This document shows positions 62,401 to 64,000 of a stretch of DNA of 64,000 nucleotides, in pieces. The DNA comes from Paragordius varius. Lineage: Eukaryota; Animalia; Nematomorpha. How positions within the stretch are numbered: position 1 is the first letter of the stretch; the number at the start of each line of letters is the position of its first letter. The notes below the pieces were generated by a model. The model was not told where the DNA came from, searched no databases, and worked only from the letters and a program-made list of their open reading frames with translations. Position numbers and translations under genes: made by a program. Location: positions 4,340,001-4,404,000 of the forward strand of contig OZ176052.1 of assembly GCA_964247055.1 (NCBI GenBank), in the 5' to 3' direction.

Positions 62401-63652
62401 AATAAAATAGCAATTGATACATTAAATTAATAATGGTCATATTATAAAGATTTGTTGTTATTGTTGTTATATTTATGAAAAATAGTTTTTCATTAGTTTA
62501 ATAAATAATATATATTAATTTGGGTTTATGATAATTGAATGTTTTTGCAATAATAGCACCTTATCTTTCCTCATCATTACAAAAATACAATAACCCTTCG
62601 CCTGTCGATGAAGAAAGAATTCTAAATGCATTACCTAATATTTCAAATCCTTTTACGTTACACAATGTAAAAAGTGTAGGACCAGCTGTAAATAACTCAT
62701 TATGTCCAGTTTGTTTAAATACAAATGAAGAATATAAAAATTATCAGAAATCATCCCATCTTCAACATAATATTGGCCAAGTCAGTTTTTTGTAAAATGA
62801 ATAAATTACTAGTTGTAAATCAAATAAACTTTATATTTTGGTGTGTATCATAAGTAAACTTAAATGAAATAAATTATATCATTGCTAACAAAAGTTTTCT
62901 AATTTTATTTAGGGCACAGACAACGATAAATTTCTTGAAAAAATTAATATGATTGGTAAATTATTCAATAAACCGTTATCGGAAACATCCAAATCTAAAA
63001 ACTTTGAAACAATTTTCGCCTTGTTATCGGATAGTTTGGCTAAAGATGGTTTAACAAAGGTACGTTTACATTTTTGAAAATGGAAATAAATATTTGAATT
63101 TTTTTTAAGAATTATATGTTTGATAAAATCGTTAGATAACCATGAAAGCTCATTTAACAAATGAATCAGAAGCCAATCCATTTCCATTGGATTGAAATTA
63201 ATCTCAAAAGCATTCATTATACAGTAAAAACTGAAATTTTACGGATAAAACGTAAAAATAGAAAGACAAATATTTTTTCTAAAAGACAACCATATTTTTT
63301 AAATCTTGACTTATTTCAATATACCTCATTGTTTTATATGGCAAAGTGTAAAATAGAGATATATAATACTTACACAATCAATTCTATATTTTACTGTTGT
63401 AACTAAGCAGCTTATATGGGAAGGATTAAGGTTTTAAAAAGTATGGTTGTCTTTTAGTAAAAAATATATGTCTTTATATTTTTACGTTTTGTCCATATAA
63501 TTTCAATTTGTAGTGTATTTAATACCAAATATATCATATTATTTATATTTTATATGCATATCTATTTAATGGCTACCTATTAAAAATAAACAAAAATTTA
63601 ACATATATCTTTTATAATTATTCAGCTTGAGAGAGCTGTAAGGTATAATTAA
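45296..63652 (+). CDS. VPS11: Vacuolar protein sorting-associated protein 11 (HOPS/CORVET core), ~1470 aa
   Basis: Exons 45296-45310, 45334-45555, 45581-45798, 46291-46472, 46706-46870, 48151-48361, 48930-49277, 49556-50157, 50685-51183, 52658-52855, 53130-53947, (54286-54351 probable), 56467-56609, 56849-56970, 57941-58146, 62557-62780, 62913-63059, 63626-63652 (alternative end via 63718-63742). Motifs: LQWRRFNFFEK, PIIKIWNL, GPCLAFE, ILTIYDIVNKIIAF, TKLEIVVQKNLYSLAINM, YGDYLYDKGDFYGAIKQYIKTI, LEPSYLL, RING TKCYAC..CQHAFHVNC..CPVC. Confidence 0.92.
45311..45333 (+). other. 23-nt micro-intron (VPS11 intron 1)
   Basis: GTTATAATTAAATTAAATTTTAG; removal joins MANLQ to WRRFNFFEK (human VPS11 MAAYLQWRRFVFFDK); retention shifts the frame. 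Confidence 0.9.
45556..45580 (+). other. 25-nt micro-intron (VPS11 intron 2)
   Basis: GTAATATTACTTGTAATTCATTTAG; removal joins MITVG to YDNGCSYPIIKIWNL (human SVGEDEEGINPLVKIWNL); retention gives a stop at 45583. Confidence 0.9.
47775..48020. mobile_element. TA-flanked MITE (CGGACAAAACG family)
   Basis: TA|CGGACAAAACGTAAAAATAT ... ATATTTTTACGTTTTGTCCG|TA. Confidence 0.9.
51555..51702. mobile_element. CAGTATGCATTTT-family MITE
   Basis: TA|CAGTATGCATTTTAATGGTTGCTTATTTTACAC ... GTGTAAAATAAGCAAGCATCAATTGCATACTG|TA. Confidence 0.9.
55267..56394 (-). mobile_element. Non-autonomous TIR element, copy B (inverted relative to 33294-34416)
   Basis: TAA|CACTAGTCAACAA ... TTGTTGAGCAGTG|TAA; reverse complement aligns over the full length with copy A. 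Confidence 0.9.
57080..57580. mobile_element. hAT-type MITE (501 bp) with perfect 8-bp TSD and GGAACCGGTTCC-type subrepeats
   Basis: TTTTTAAC|CGGGGCTTG ... CCAAGCCCTG|TTTTTAAC. Decayed relatives at ~38670-38990 and possibly ~46140-46230. Confidence 0.9.
58714..62380. mobile_element. 3.67-kb foldback element with ~1.2-kb outer arms and a nested inner inverted repeat
   Basis: TA|CAGTATGCATTTTAGTGTCTGTTAAC pairs with GTTAACAGACACTAAAATGCATACTC. Outer arms ~58714-59880 and ~61170-62380; inner arms 60302-60525 and 60834-61058. Confidence 0.9.
60302..60752 (-). pseudogene. Ty3/Gypsy gag relic (partial inverted duplicate at 60834-61058, plus strand)
   Basis: MTILN..KFEE*VDYMTNVMEVKDI..KTTLLAYGS..LYPKNIKDASWSEIM..RFEFFRLVRSNAESFTQFLERVKIAA-EAKFNDSIEERIWDAFLIGLQQPQL resembles the Gypsy capsid pattern ERxKF..Q..GES..Y..LR.LA..C.F..LEE.LRD.FV.GL; stops and frameshifts present. 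Confidence 0.75.
63242..63495. mobile_element. TA-flanked MITE (CGGACAAAACG family)
   Basis: TA|CGGATAAAACGTAAAAATA ... TATTTTTACGTTTTGTCCA|TA. Confidence 0.85.
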
Positions 63653-63813
63653 ACATACAAGGTTAATGAAATTTATGTTTTTTTATAAAAATGTTTCTTT
63701 AATTTTGATAATATTAGATGTACAAAAGACAGGGACTTGTAGACATGTAAAATAAATTGTTTTTAAAAAAACAAAGGATCTTATATTGATATCGGTAAGT
63801 TATTATATTTCAT

Positions 63814-63983
63814 TCATGCAGCAACATGTGTCATTCCGGATTGCCAATACCCAGGACCGGCCTTAAAAAATAAAAAGAGTTATGAAAAAAAATTAATCAA
63901 ATAAAAATAAATTTATTGCAATACGTAATATCAACGTACCTGGTTAGGAACATTGGTGGGCCCTTTGTCCAATACAGTTGAAT
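63814..63983 (-). CDS. Last two exons of a convergent gene entering from the right edge
   Basis: Exons 63983-63940 and 63861-63814 with good acceptors (tttattctttag, tttattttttaag) and donor CAG|GTACGT; they encode ..STVLDKGPTNVPNQ|AGPGYWQSGMTHVAA*. Confidence 0.55.
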
Positions 63984-64000
63984 CTAAAGAATAAATAATT

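Noticed and set aside
63795-63821. Plus-strand 27-nt GTAAGT...CAG as a fourth micro-intron
   Set aside because: No convincing plus-strand reading frame uses it, and it overlaps the stop of the convergent minus-strand gene; it could only be a UTR intron.
1-64000. tRNA, rRNA or snRNA genes
   Set aside because: No recognisable cloverleaf, A/B boxes or rRNA/snRNA signatures by eye; tRNAscan-SE and Infernal would be needed to exclude them.

Overview
Very AT-rich eukaryotic (animal, invertebrate-like) genomic DNA; the taxon cannot be determined from the window. Standard genetic code, GT-AG introns. I reconstructed four multi-exon genes by hand, checking splice phase at each junction: (1) minus 21435->3753, a ~1000-aa type-I membrane protein with EGF-like Cys modules and two SEA domains (MUA-3/MUP-4-like or mucin-like); (2) plus 27810->35638, an uncharacterised ~600-aa low-complexity protein ending in a PDZ-binding-type TDF; (3) minus 45233->37881, ABCB6/HMT-1; (4) plus 45296->~63652, VPS11. 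Two further genes are cut by the window edges. Introns are full of non-autonomous DNA transposons (TA-flanked MITEs, hAT MITEs, Helitrons, foldback palindromes) and relics of mariner, RTE and Gypsy elements. Main observations: ABCB6 and VPS11 are head-to-head with only 62 bp between start codons. Their three promoter-proximal introns are only 28, 23 and 25 nt and are required to restore conserved reading frames, in genes that also have multi-kb introns. A 3.67-kb nested palindrome built around an inverted-duplicated Gypsy gag relic lies in the intron that splits the VPS11 RING finger. Exon and repeat coordinates were read by eye; ends of degenerate repeats are approximate.
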